From Alphaproteobacteria bacterium (GTDB lineage Bacteria > Pseudomonadota > Alphaproteobacteria > SP197): 64,000 bases of DNA. The DNA lies in NCBI GenBank assembly GCA_964291265.2, contig OZ219747.1, forward strand, positions 4,224,001 through 4,288,000. The letters run 5' to 3'. Below the pieces are notes generated by a model that was not told where the DNA came from, ran no database searches, and saw only the letters and a list, made by a program, of their open reading frames with translations. Positions 10,368-19,721 of the stretch are shown here, piece by piece. A program made the position numbers and the translations under genes. How positions within the stretch are numbered: position 1 is the first letter of the stretch; every line of letters starts with the position of its first letter.

Positions 10368-11477
10368 GTGGAGAGCGTTGAAACGGTCGTCGTCGGCGCC
10401 GGGGTCATCGGTCTTGCGGTGGCACGCGCACTGGCATGCAGCGGGCGCGAGGTCATGGTCCTTGATGCCGCCAACGCCATGGGAACAGGGATCTCCTCGC
10501 GCAACAGCGAGGTCATCCATGCCGGCATCTACTATCCGCCCGGGAGCCTGAAAGCCTGCCTGTGTGTCGCCGGCAGGATCATGCTCCATGACTACTGCCG
10601 ATCACGCCACGTCGCCTTCCGTACCTGTGGCAAGCTGATCGTTGCCGTCAGTGAAGACGACCATGACGTCCTCTCGAAACTCGAGCGGCGGGCCATCGCC
10701 AACGGCGTAGACGACCTCGCCACCCTGGGAGCGGCAGACGTGGCCGCCCTGGAACCCGAACTGGAGACGTGCGGCGCCCTCCTGTCGCCATCGACCGGCA
10801 TCATCGACAGTCATGGTCTGATGCTGTCCTTGCTGGGAGAGGCCGAGGCAGCAGGCGCGTGGCTGGCCCTGGACTCACCTGTCCGCAGCATTGCCGCGGA
10901 GGACAGTGCGCTGCTTGTCACGGTAGGCCGCGGGGAGACCATGGTGCTGAGGGCCCGGGAGCTGGTGAATGCTGCCGGTCTCGGGGCGCAACACCTCGCA
11001 TCGGCAACATCCGGGCTCGATCCCCATCACGTTCCCGCTCTCCATCTCGCCAGGGGCAGCTACTTCACCTTGTCGGGCCCCTCCCCCTTCTCCCGTCTCG
11101 TCTATCCGACACCGGTCGCCGGCGGCCTCGGCGTTCACGCGACACTCGACCTTGCCGGCCGCTGCCGGTTCGGACCGGACGTCGAGTGGGTACGCGAGAT
11201 CTCCTATGACGTCGACCCAGCCCGTGCAGACGCCTTCCGTGATGCCGTGCGCCGCTACTGGCCCAGCCTTCCCGACGATGCCCTGGCTCCCGACTACAGC
11301 GGCGTCCGTCCCAAGCTGCGGACATCGGGGGACTCGGACTTCCGGATCGACGGGCCCGTCGAACACGGAACAGGCGGCCTCGTGAATCTCTTCGGAATCG
11401 AATCACCGGGATTGACGGCGTCCCTGGCCATTGCAACGCTTGTGGTGCGCAAACTCGACGCTTGGAAGAAGAGATGA
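10368..11477 (+). CDS. FAD-dependent oxidoreductase, L-2-hydroxyglutarate oxidase (LhgO)-like
   Basis: VVVGAGVIGLA, SSRNSEVIHAGIYY, GIESPGLTASLA; GTG start with GAGGAG RBS. Confidence 0.85.
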   Translation: MESVETVVVGAGVIGLAVARALACSGREVMVLDAANAMGTGISSRNSEVIHAGIYYPPGSLKACLCVAGRIMLHDYCRSRHVAFRTCGKLIVAVSEDDHDVLSKLERRAIANGVDDLATLGAADVAALEPELETCGALLSPSTGIIDSHGLMLSLLGEAEAAGAWLALDSPVRSIAAEDSALLVTVGRGETMVLRARELVNAAGLGAQHLASATSGLDPHHVPALHLARGSYFTLSGPSPFSRLVYPTPVAGGLGVHATLDLAGRCRFGPDVEWVREISYDVDPARADAFRDAVRRYWPSLPDDALAPDYSGVRPKLRTSGDSDFRIDGPVEHGTGGLVNLFGIESPGLTASLAIATLVVRKLDAWKKR

Positions 11478-12166
11478 TCGACCTCTACACATGGCCGACA
11501 CCCAACGGACACAAGATTCACATCATGCTGGAGGAGACCGGCCTCGCCTACCGCGTCATCCCCGTGGACATCGGCCGTGGCGATCAGTTCGATCCCGCAT
11601 TCCTTGCCATCAGCCCCAACAACAGGATGCCGGCCATCGTCGACCACGACGGACCTGGCGGAGAAGCGATCAGCATCTTCGAATCGGGCGCCATCCTGGT
11701 CTATCTCGCCGAAAAGACTGGGCGCTTCATGCCCGACGATACCCGTGGCCGCACTCTCGTCATGCAATGGCTGATGTTCCAGATGGGCGGCATCGGACCC
11801 ATGTTCGGCCAGTGCCACCACTTCCGAAACTACGCGCCCGAACCAATCGCCTATGCCATCGATCGCTACACGAACGAGGCCGGGCGTCTCTATGGCGTGC
11901 TCGACAGGAGGCTGAGCGAAGCCGACTTCATGGCGGGAGACTACTCGATCGCCGATATGGCAACCTATCCCTGGACACGCTCCATCGATCGCCAGGGGGT
12001 CGATGCGGGAGACTTTCCGAACGTAACCCGCTGGCAGCAACGCCTGGAGGAACGCCCTGCGGTGGCTCGCGGGTGTGCGGTCCTGAGTGACCGCCAGCGC
12101 TCGGCAGGGATGACGGAGGAGGAGCGCAACAACCTGTTCGGCACTGCACAGTATGAACGGAGGTGA
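11474..12166 (+). CDS. Glutathione S-transferase, YfcG/YghU (Nu) class
   Basis: TPNGHKI, ISPNNRMPAI, FESGAIL, YSIADMATYPW. Confidence 0.92.
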   Translation: MIDLYTWPTPNGHKIHIMLEETGLAYRVIPVDIGRGDQFDPAFLAISPNNRMPAIVDHDGPGGEAISIFESGAILVYLAEKTGRFMPDDTRGRTLVMQWLMFQMGGIGPMFGQCHHFRNYAPEPIAYAIDRYTNEAGRLYGVLDRRLSEADFMAGDYSIADMATYPWTRSIDRQGVDAGDFPNVTRWQQRLEERPAVARGCAVLSDRQRSAGMTEEERNNLFGTAQYERR

Positions 12167-12329
12167 CCTGCATGACCGCCCTTGGATCCCGGATGGTCCC
12201 GTTCGGGTCCTCGGTCCGGTACCTGGTATTGCAGACAACACCTTGCCCGCAGGCCCCTGCCCTTCCTGACATCTCTCCTTGCCTCGTACCGCTTCTCTCG
12301 CCCGGCATGACCCGGCGCCTCATGGGCCT

Positions 12330-12584
12330 TGCCTTCACCCACAGTTCCAGCGCCGATCAGGCGCAAGCAAGCTGTCGACGAAGTCCAGCGCCAGGTCGCC
12401 CGGCGTCGGCGGGTGGAAATCCGGGTATGCGTCAGCACGCGGAGCATACCGCCGGGCACGAGCTCCGAAAGCCCAGGCCGCTCCCGGCTCACCGACGCCT
12501 CGACCGGCCACCCGCGGCAGGGTGCATGATGCTCACGGTCCACTCGGAAGGCCGATACGAGGACGTCGAGGGCTCTGCACCCAT
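12330..12584 (-). pseudogene. Degraded VapC/PIN-domain toxin remnant
   Basis: Minus strand reads LDVLVSAFRVDREHHAPCRGW...GLSELVPGGMLRVLTHTRI, then after a frameshift PPTPGDLALDFVD; matches VapC pattern DVNVLVYA..H...W....GLSELV..GFLR..THPRIF.PPTP...AL.F. Confidence 0.6.
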
Positions 12585-12747
12585 GATGTCCTGAAGCGTC
12601 GCACTGTCCACAAGGTCCACACCCGCCTGTGCGCTGACACCGGTCGCGCCTGTCGAGGGTCTCCGTTGAATCCTTTCAGGACCGGCGACGTTCCGGATCG
12701 GAGCGTGGCACTGTCCATTGTCGAAGCAGAGGGTGGAGCACGGAATC

Positions 12748-13409
12748 ATGAAGATCGCCGCCGTCAGGGTCTACCAGATGGATCTGCCGTATGTCGGAGG
12801 CTTCTATGCCTGGGGACCGGGATGTGTTCTCGATGTCGCAAGGACGACGGTGGTGGTTCTCGAAACCGACTGCGAACTCGCGGGATGCGGCGAATCGTGC
12901 CCGCTCGGCACCACCTACCTTGCCGCCCATGCGCCAGGCATTCTCGCCGCTGCCCGACTCTTGCCCGCGCGGTCATCGGTCTTGATCCCTTGCAGACGGA
13001 AGCCGTCGGGCAGGCCATGGACATGGCCCTCAAGGGGCACGGGTACGCCAAGTCCGCCTTCGATGCCGCGTGCTGGGACATCCTCGGCAAGGCCACCGGA
13101 CTGCCGGTGTCAACACTCCTGGGAGGCAGGCTGACCGACGGTGCGCCCATGTACCGGGTGGTGCCCCAGAAACCGCTCGAGGCAACCGTCGAGGAGATGG
13201 AGAGGCACCGGCAGGCGGACTACCGCCAGTTCCAGATCAAGGTCGGTCAGGACCCCGACAGCGACATCGAGCGGATCCGCACCGTTGCCGGTCTGCTTCG
13301 GCCGGGGGAGACGGCGTTCGCGGACGCCAACACCGCGTACTCGGTTCGTGACGCGGTGCGCGTGGTTCGAGCCGTCCGTGATGTCAATGTCGTCATCGAA
13401 CAGCCGTGC
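12748..13409 (+). pseudogene. Mandelate racemase/muconate lactonizing enzyme family (proline-betaine/hydroxyproline racemase-dehydratase-like), 5' part
   Basis: MKIAAVRVYQMDLPY, GESCPLG, frameshift near 12953, AKSAFDAACWDILGK, QIKVG, ADAN, IEQPC, then cut by the insertion. Confidence 0.88.
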
Positions 13410-13453
13410 TGTTGATGGCTGCATAGAACGGCGGGATTTCGGCGATTTGCCGC
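13410..13453 (+). repeat. Left terminal inverted repeat (also at 19465-19508 and 29167-29210)
   Basis: TGTTGATGGCTGCATAGAACGGCGGGATTTCGGCGATTTGCCGC aligns with right end reverse complement TGTCGGCGGCGATTTAGAACGGCGGGATATTGGCGGAGAACCGC. Confidence 0.9.
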
Positions 13454-13477
13454 GCTTTGTCAGGGTCGTGTTTCTTC

Positions 13478-13516
13478 CCTGTTGTCAGGTCCTATTGTCA
13501 CGTCCTGTTGTCGTGG
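13478..13516 (+). repeat. Three tandem 13-bp subterminal repeats (CCTRTTGTC core)
   Basis: cctgttgtcaggt / cctattgtcacgt / cctgttgtcgtgg; further CCTATTGTC at 13561; present in all three copies. Confidence 0.75.
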
Positions 13517-13833
13517 TTTGAGTGTTCGGCTGGTTGTCTCCCCGAGCGCCGCCGTCTTTTCCTATTGTCGTTTTGGTCCGGTTCGGGTTCCGTCGACCTC
13601 TGCTTCGGTCTTGGTGACGGTTGCCGGGAGGGTTCCGGTTCCGAGGCACTCGCGGGATTGTTTGTCTTCCCTGTGGGCGGGTCGCGTTGTCCGGTCCCGG
13701 GGCGGCGTCTTTGCCGCCGCCCCGGGTGGATGCTAGATCGGCATCAAGAGAAAGAGCGATGCGATGCCGGGCGGAGTTGTGACGCCCCCCGGCGCAGCAC
13801 CCGGACGAGCCGGTCACGGGGGACCGAACTCCC

Positions 13834-14188
13834 GTGTATTGTCGAGCCATTTTGCGTCCGGGTCCACCCCCGCTCTCGAGACGGACGGTGTGCACGACGG
13901 GACGACTGTTCAACTGCAAGCGGTGTCAGCGGCAGGTTGTTCTCTGCCGGTCGTGTGACCGGGGGCATGTGTATTGCTCCAAGGAGTGCAGGGAATCGTC
14001 CCGGATCGAGCGGCGCCGCGCGTCGCGTCGTCGCTACCAGAGCACGCTGAAGGGCCGTGAGACGGGCCGTCACCGCCAGCGGCGTTATCGGCTCCGCAAG
14101 GCGGAGGAGGCGCGTGCGTTGAAGGCCAGGGCGGCGATGGTTGCCGAGATCATGGGCACGCAGACGTCTGCTGTGGTGCTGCTTGGCG
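13834..14188 (+). pseudogene. Cys-rich ORF1 of copy A, 5' part (3' part at 19514-19689), disrupted by copy B
   Basis: Matches intact ORF1 of copies B and C up to the TGGCG duplication. Confidence 0.8.
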
Positions 14189-15132
14189 TGTCGGCGGCGA
14201 TTTAGAACGGCGGGATATTGGCGGAGAACCGCTCTTTTGGGCGCTGATCGTGTGAGTGGGTGACCACGACAGGAGAACGTGCGGCATTGGACGAAGGTCC
14301 GCCCGGTCTTTGTTTTCTGCCTATTGTTGGATCCCATTGGTCTTGCATTGACGTTGACGATGTCGTTCCGGTCGGCGTTTTCTGGCGTTCGGCGTTTGTG
14401 GAACGTGATGTGGGAGGGGAGCTTCAGGCTTTTGCGCGTGGTTTCGTTCTGGCGTTCTCCGTCCTCGTCGTGGTTCGTCGGGCGGGACGATCTCGAGGCT
14501 GGAGAGCTGACGGTTTCTGTTGCGCTGGGCGAAGAGGCTGCGTGCGTTGCGGTTGCGGCGGCGCAGGGTGCGGCAGGCGTCGAGTGTTTTCGGGCGGATG
14601 CTGCGACCTGTGAGCCAGTCCGGCGGCGGATCGGGCGTTGCTGCGGCTCAGCGGCTGCGGCAGTCTCGTGATGTGGTGTCGTTTGGACGGCCCGGGGGTT
14701 TCCCGGGGAGGCTGAGCGGCGCGTCGGGGTGAGACGTTCTCATTCCTGGATGGTAACGCGTGACCGCGTTCAAGGGTCTTGCGAGATTACGTGTCCCTTC
14801 CGTAGCCGCGTGGCGGTTCGATGTCCTCGAGAGCCTCGATGTCGGCATCGGCGACGCTCTGCAGGCGTTCTCCGTAAGGCGTGTCACGGAGGGTTTCGGG
14901 GATGCTGTCGAGGCGGTCACGCCATTCGTCCTGCAGGGTGCGGCAGGCGTCGAGTGTTTTCGGGCGGATGCTGCGACCTGTAAGCCAGTCCGGCCAGCGG
15001 CTGCGGCAGTCTCGTGATGCGGTGTCGTTTGGACGGCCCGGGAGTTTCCCGGGGAGGCTGAGCGGCGCGTCGGGGTGAGACGTTCTCATTCCTGGATGGT
15101 AACGCGTGACCGCGTTCAAGGGTCTTGCGGGA

Positions 15133-15423
15133 TCACGTATCCCTTCCGTAGCCGCGTGGCGGTTCGATGTCCTCGAGGGCCTCGATGTCGGCATCGGCGA
15201 CGCTCTGCAGGCGTTCTCCGTAAGGCGTGTCACGGAGGCTTTCGGGGATGCTGTCGAGGTGGTCACGCCATTCGTCCTGCAGGGCGCGCAGTTCGGCCAC
15301 GGCGTCGTTCCAGCGTTGCGGTCGCGAGCGCCGGTCACGGTGCTTTGGGGTGTGGACGGGAGGGATGCCGGCCTTGCGCCGTTCCCGGTATCGCCGCTGC
15401 TTTTCGGCGGGCGTGAGGGGCAT
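15133..15423 (-). CDS. Small basic hypothetical protein (ORF5, copy B), 96 aa
   Basis: MPLTPAEKQRRYRERRK...RSRPQRWNDAVAEL..LQDEW...IEPPRGYGRD; AAGGAGA RBS. Confidence 0.7.
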   Translation of the reverse strand: MPLTPAEKQRRYRERRKAGIPPVHTPKHRDRRSRPQRWNDAVAELRALQDEWRDHLDSIPESLRDTPYGERLQSVADADIEALEDIEPPRGYGRDT

Positions 15424-15449
15424 GAGTGGTCTCCTTGTGACGGACGTGG

Positions 15450-16343
15450 TCATGATCTCGCTTGTGGTTCTTTGGTCCTGGCGTTGACGACGTCGTTCCA
15501 GTCGGCGTTTTCCGGCGGTCTGCGTCTGTGGAACGAGACGTGGGAGGGGAGCTTCATCTTTTTGCGCAGGGTTTCGGCCTGTCGCTCTCCGGCCTCGTCG
15601 TGGTCCTGGGCGAGGACGATGGTCCTGACGTTGGGCAGGCTGCTTGCGGCGAGGCTGATCTGTTCGTGCTGTCTTCGCGAGGGTGCCCCGGCGGTGGAGA
15701 GGAAGGCGTGGCTGGGGGGACATTGGTCGATCTGGGCCAGGCTGAGGGCGTCGACGGCGCTTTCGGTGATGACGAGGGCCTCGAGGTCCGCGGCGGTTCC
15801 GGCGCGGACGGCGAACAGGCTTCGGGTTCCACCGGTGGCGAAGCGTTTCGGTCCGTCGGGGGGACCGATCTCGAAGCCGGTGAGCTTTCGCTTCCTGTTG
15901 CGATGGGCGAAGAGGACGCGTCCGTTGTGGTCGCGGCGGACCAGGGGGCGGCAGGTGTCGAGGGTCTCCGGGAGGATGCCGCGCCCGGTGAGCCAGTCCG
16001 GGGCCGCATCGGGCGTTGCCGCGGCCCAGAGGCTGCGGAAGTCGCGTGGCGCGGTGTCGGGTGCTGTGAAGCGGGTGCAGATGTCGGCGAAGGCCAGTCC
16101 GCGGTTGAGCATGAAGTCGATGACGGTTCCGTTGTCTTCATCGTTCTGGGTGTTGAAGTAGACCCAGTGTCCGTTGTTGAGGCACTTCGTGACGAGCTTC
16201 GGCAGGCCGGGTGCGCACAGGACGGGGTTGGCGCGTGTCGAGGCCTGTTCGTCGCGGACGTATCCCCAGTCGGCGGCGATGCGTTCGAACGGCATGCGCT
16301 TGACGGCGTCGAAGTCGACGCGGCGGGGTTTATCGGGTTTCAC
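15450..16343 (-). CDS. DUF3991/Toprim-domain primase-like protein (ORF4, copy B)
   Basis: DNGTVIDF, WLTGRGI, LVITESAVDALS, STAG, AQDHDEAG, DWNDVV; GTG start overlaps istB end. Confidence 0.8.
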   Translation of the reverse strand: MKPDKPRRVDFDAVKRMPFERIAADWGYVRDEQASTRANPVLCAPGLPKLVTKCLNNGHWVYFNTQNDEDNGTVIDFMLNRGLAFADICTRFTAPDTAPRDFRSLWAAATPDAAPDWLTGRGILPETLDTCRPLVRRDHNGRVLFAHRNRKRKLTGFEIGPPDGPKRFATGGTRSLFAVRAGTAADLEALVITESAVDALSLAQIDQCPPSHAFLSTAGAPSRRQHEQISLAASSLPNVRTIVLAQDHDEAGERQAETLRKKMKLPSHVSFHRRRPPENADWNDVVNARTKEPQARS

Positions 16344-17031
16344 GCCTGAGCCGCCAGGAGTCGCTGTCGATGGAGATGAGGGTTGCGTCGTGCATGAGCC
16401 GGTCGACGGTGCCGGCGATGCCGGAGGCGCTGGGGAAGACGCGGTCCCACTGGGCGAAGGCGAGGCTTGTCGTGACCATGGTCGAGCGGCGCTGATAGCG
16501 CCGCGAGACGATGGCGTAGAGGATGTCGGCATGGTGGCTTTCGAGGGTCACGTAGCCGATTTCGTCGAGGATGAGCAGGCGGGGCCTGGCGAGGATCGCG
16601 AGGCGGCGGCGCAGCTCGCTGCGCGAGACGGTCTCGGCGAGTGCCTCGAGCAGTTCCGGCGCCTTCTCGAAGCGGACGGTGTGGCCGTGCAGCAGGGCCT
16701 GGTGAGCCACGTTGGCGGCGATCATGGTCTTTCCGGTGCCCTGCCCGCCGACGAGCACGGCGTTGTCCGCACGGTCGACGAAGCCGAGGCCGAGGAGCGC
16801 TTCGACATGAGCCCGGCTGATGTCGCGCGGCCATGTCCAGTCGAAGTCCGCCAGGGGCTTGAAGGCGGGCAGCCGCGCCGCGGCGCGGCGGCGCTCGTGG
16901 CTGCGGGCCCTGCGGGCCTGTTCCTCGCCGCTGACCACCTCCTCGATCCATGCGGTCCCGGCGACCTCGTCCCAGCGTTCGACGAGCCCGTGGAGGCCGA
17001 GCGCCCGGGCACGCTCCCTGAGCTCGCTCAT
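16330..17031 (-). CDS. istB: IS21 helper ATPase IstB (copy B)
   Basis: DFDWTWP, Walker A GGQGTGKT, Walker B LLILDEIGY, VDRLMHDA. Confidence 0.92.
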   Translation of the reverse strand: MSELRERARALGLHGLVERWDEVAGTAWIEEVVSGEEQARRARSHERRRAAARLPAFKPLADFDWTWPRDISRAHVEALLGLGFVDRADNAVLVGGQGTGKTMIAANVAHQALLHGHTVRFEKAPELLEALAETVSRSELRRRLAILARPRLLILDEIGYVTLESHHADILYAIVSRRYQRRSTMVTTSLAFAQWDRVFPSASGIAGTVDRLMHDATLISIDSDSWRLRRETR

Positions 17032-18521
17032 GTCTTGTTCCTGGCGCTGGCTTCGGGCCTGTCGTAGGCGTCGAGAGCGGTCCCCCGCGGCGTCGTGCCA
17101 CGGCCGCCGCGGCCGTCGTCGGCGATGCTGAGGGGCGGCAGGCCCTGCTCCCGGCGGCGCTCCTCGATGATGACGCGCACGGTTTCGGGGTGGCACGAGC
17201 CGCGCTCCAGCGCCGTGGCGACAGCCCGGTCGAGAGCGTCGGCGCCGTGCGCGTTGAGAAGCGTCTCCAGCATCCGGGCGCAGGAGGCCACGTTGCGCCC
17301 GTTGGTCCCGGCGCGCGCCAGCATCTCCTCGGCCCGCGGCACGGTGCGCAGGACCCGGTCGCGGACGCTCATGGAGCGGGCCCGCCGCTTGCCCGCGGCG
17401 ATCGCCCTGGCATGCTCCGGATCGGTGACGGCCTGCTTCCTGTTGTAGGAGCGTCGGTGGCGCGCGACCTCGTCGGCGCCGTCGAGGATGCGAACCTCGT
17501 CGCGGTCGGCGACCAGCGTCAGCAGGGCCTTGGAGAAGCTACCCGGAACGCTGTAGTCGTTGGTGTCGAAGCGGGCGTGGCAGGTCTTGTCGATGCGCAC
17601 CGGGCGGACCTCGTGATGCGGGAAGGGATCGGCGGGAAGGACGATCAGGTGCTCCCTCTCCCGGGCGAAGGCGTCCCGCACCAGGAGACTGTCGTCGTCC
17701 GGCCAGGGCCGCTCCGCGGCGGCGCCGAAGCACCACTCCCGAACTGCGGCGTTGAGCTCGCCGAGCGGGACCGTGATGTCGCGCCCGGCGAAGAACCCGG
17801 TGCGCGCGAAGCGCACACGGCGTTCCACGCGGCCCTTCTCCTGCGGGCTCCTGGGCCAGGCGGCGCTCGGTTCGAAGGCATAGTGGGCCGCGAGGCCGAG
17901 CAGCATCGGATGATAGGTGACCGCCTTGCCGCGGCGCGTCACCACGGCACTCTTCAGGTTGTCGTACAGAAGCCTCCGCGGCACACCCCCGAATGCCGCG
18001 AAAGCCTCGACATGGCCTTGCAGGAAGCTGGCCATCCGCGCGTCGTGGAACAGGCTCAGGACAGTCTGGCGCGAGTAGCTGAGGGTGACGAGAAGCCCCA
18101 TGAGCCTGCGCTCCGCCCGGCCGATGCGGACCTTCCCGAACTCGGCCCAGTCAACCTGCGCCTGCTCGCCCGGAAGGAAGCTCAGCCGCAGCGACGGCTC
18201 GGGCCTCTTCACCGGCCTCAGCCCGAGGCGGCGCAGGTCGTGACGGAAGTGATCCTCGCCGCCGCGGTAGCCCAGAGCCACGACCTGTCGCCAGAGCGTG
18301 CTGGCCGGAAGGTCCGGCGACGCCTCAAGACGCTCCCCGAGGAAGGCAACGAAGGGGTCGATGAGCTTGGCCCGCGGCCGCCGCTCCTGCCCCGACGCCT
18401 TGAGCGCCCGCGTCACCGTGCCGTGGTGCACGCCGAGATGCCGGGCAATCGTCCCCACAGCCCAGCCCTCGGCCCGCGACAGCCGCACGATCGTCGCCCG
18501 CGTGTCCTCGTCGATCGCCAT
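17028..18521 (-). CDS. istA: IS21 transposase IstA (copy B)
   Basis: N-terminal HTH, PGEQAQVDW, LYDNLKS, PQEKGRVER, FDTNDYSVP. Confidence 0.93.
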   Translation of the reverse strand: MAIDEDTRATIVRLSRAEGWAVGTIARHLGVHHGTVTRALKASGQERRPRAKLIDPFVAFLGERLEASPDLPASTLWRQVVALGYRGGEDHFRHDLRRLGLRPVKRPEPSLRLSFLPGEQAQVDWAEFGKVRIGRAERRLMGLLVTLSYSRQTVLSLFHDARMASFLQGHVEAFAAFGGVPRRLLYDNLKSAVVTRRGKAVTYHPMLLGLAAHYAFEPSAAWPRSPQEKGRVERRVRFARTGFFAGRDITVPLGELNAAVREWCFGAAAERPWPDDDSLLVRDAFAREREHLIVLPADPFPHHEVRPVRIDKTCHARFDTNDYSVPGSFSKALLTLVADRDEVRILDGADEVARHRRSYNRKQAVTDPEHARAIAAGKRRARSMSVRDRVLRTVPRAEEMLARAGTNGRNVASCARMLETLLNAHGADALDRAVATALERGSCHPETVRVIIEERRREQGLPPLSIADDGRGGRGTTPRGTALDAYDRPEASARNKT

Positions 18522-18553
18522 GAACTCCCTCCCTTTGGTTCCTCAACGCCGCA

Positions 18554-19084
18554 TCACGGGTCCCTCAGCACCACATGCGTCACGACCCGTCCGCATCTGG
18601 CGCACCGAAGCGGCGATTCGCGCCGCTCTTGCGCCTTCACAACCGCAGGTAGGGAGGTCGGCAGCAGTCGGGAAGGGTGGTCCGTAACGATTTCTTCAGA
18701 ACCGGCGTCTCCAGACACCGCCGGAACGTCGCCAAGCAGCACCACAGCAGACGTCTGCGTGCCCATGATCTCGGCAACCATCGCCGCCCTGGCCTTCAAC
18801 GCACGCGCCTCCTCCGCCTTGCGGAGCCGGTAACGCCGCTGGCGGTGACGGCCCGTCTCACGGCCCTTCAGCGTGCTCTGGTAGCGACGACGCGACGCGC
18901 GGCGCCGCTCGATCCGGGACCGCTCCCTGCACTCCTTGGAGCAATACACATGTCCCCGGTCACACGACCGGCAGAGAACAACCTGCCGCTGACACCGCCT
19001 GCAGTTGAACAGTCGTCCTGTCGTGCACACCGTCCGTCTCGAGAGCGGGGGTGGACCCGGACGCAAAATGGCTCGACAATACAC
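18554..19084 (-). CDS. Cys-rich putative Zn-binding, Arg-rich protein (ORF1, copy B)
   Basis: CRRC..VVLCRSCDRGHVYCSKEC, RRRYQST.KGR...RHRQRRYR, C-terminal CARCG; start uncertain. Confidence 0.7.
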   Translation of the reverse strand: MYCRAILRPGPPPLSRRTVCTTGRLFNCRRCQRQVVLCRSCDRGHVYCSKECRERSRIERRRASRRRYQSTLKGRETGRHRQRRYRLRKAEEARALKARAAMVAEIMGTQTSAVVLLGDVPAVSGDAGSEEIVTDHPSRLLPTSLPAVVKAQERRESPLRCARCGRVVTHVVLRDP

Positions 19085-19721
19085 GGGAGTTCGGTCCCCC
19101 GTGACCGGCTCGTCCGGGTGCTGCGCCGGGGGGCGTCACAACTCCGCCCGGCATCGCATCGCTCTTTCTCTTGATGCCGATCTAGCATCCACCCGGGGCG
19201 GCGGCAAAGACGCCGCCCCGGGACCGGACAACGCGACCCGCCCACAGGGAAGACAAACAATCCCGCGAGTGCCTCGGAACCGGAACCCTCCCGGCAACCG
19301 TCACCAAGACCGAAGCAGAGGTCGACGGAACCCGAACCGGACCAAAACGACAATAGGAAAAGACGGCGGCGCTCGGGGAGACAACCAGCCGAACACTCAA
19401 ACCACGACAACAGGACGTGACAATAGGACCTGACAACAGGGAAGAAACACGACCCTGACAAAGCGCGGCAAATCGCCGAAATCCCGCCGTTCTATGCAGC
19501 CATCAACATGGCGACGTTCCGGCGGTGTCTGGAGACGCCGGTTCTGAAGAAATCGTTACGGACCACCCTTCCCGACTGCTGCCGACCTCCCTACCTGCGG
19601 TTGTGAAGGCGCGAGAGCGGCGCGAATCGCCGCTTCGGTGCGCCCGGTGCGGACGGGTCGTGACGCATGTGGTGCTGAGGGACCTGTGATGCGGCGTTGA
19701 GGAACCAAAGGGAGGGAGTTC

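Larger units (their letters stand above)
14189..19508 (-). mobile_element. IS21-type element copy B (5320 bp), inverted, inserted inside copy A
   Basis: Both termini intact; TGGCG duplication at 14184-14188 and 19509-19513. Confidence 0.95.

Noticed and set aside
13457-14050. 197-aa ORF in the element left end
   Set aside because: Composition reflects the G/T-rich repeats and hairpins, no RBS or motif, and it overlaps the better supported ORF1
17190-18833. Long antisense ORFs (this 547-aa ORF, 41407-43221, 44882-46486 and others)
   Set aside because: Shadow frames of well-supported genes in high-GC DNA, with no recognisable motifs
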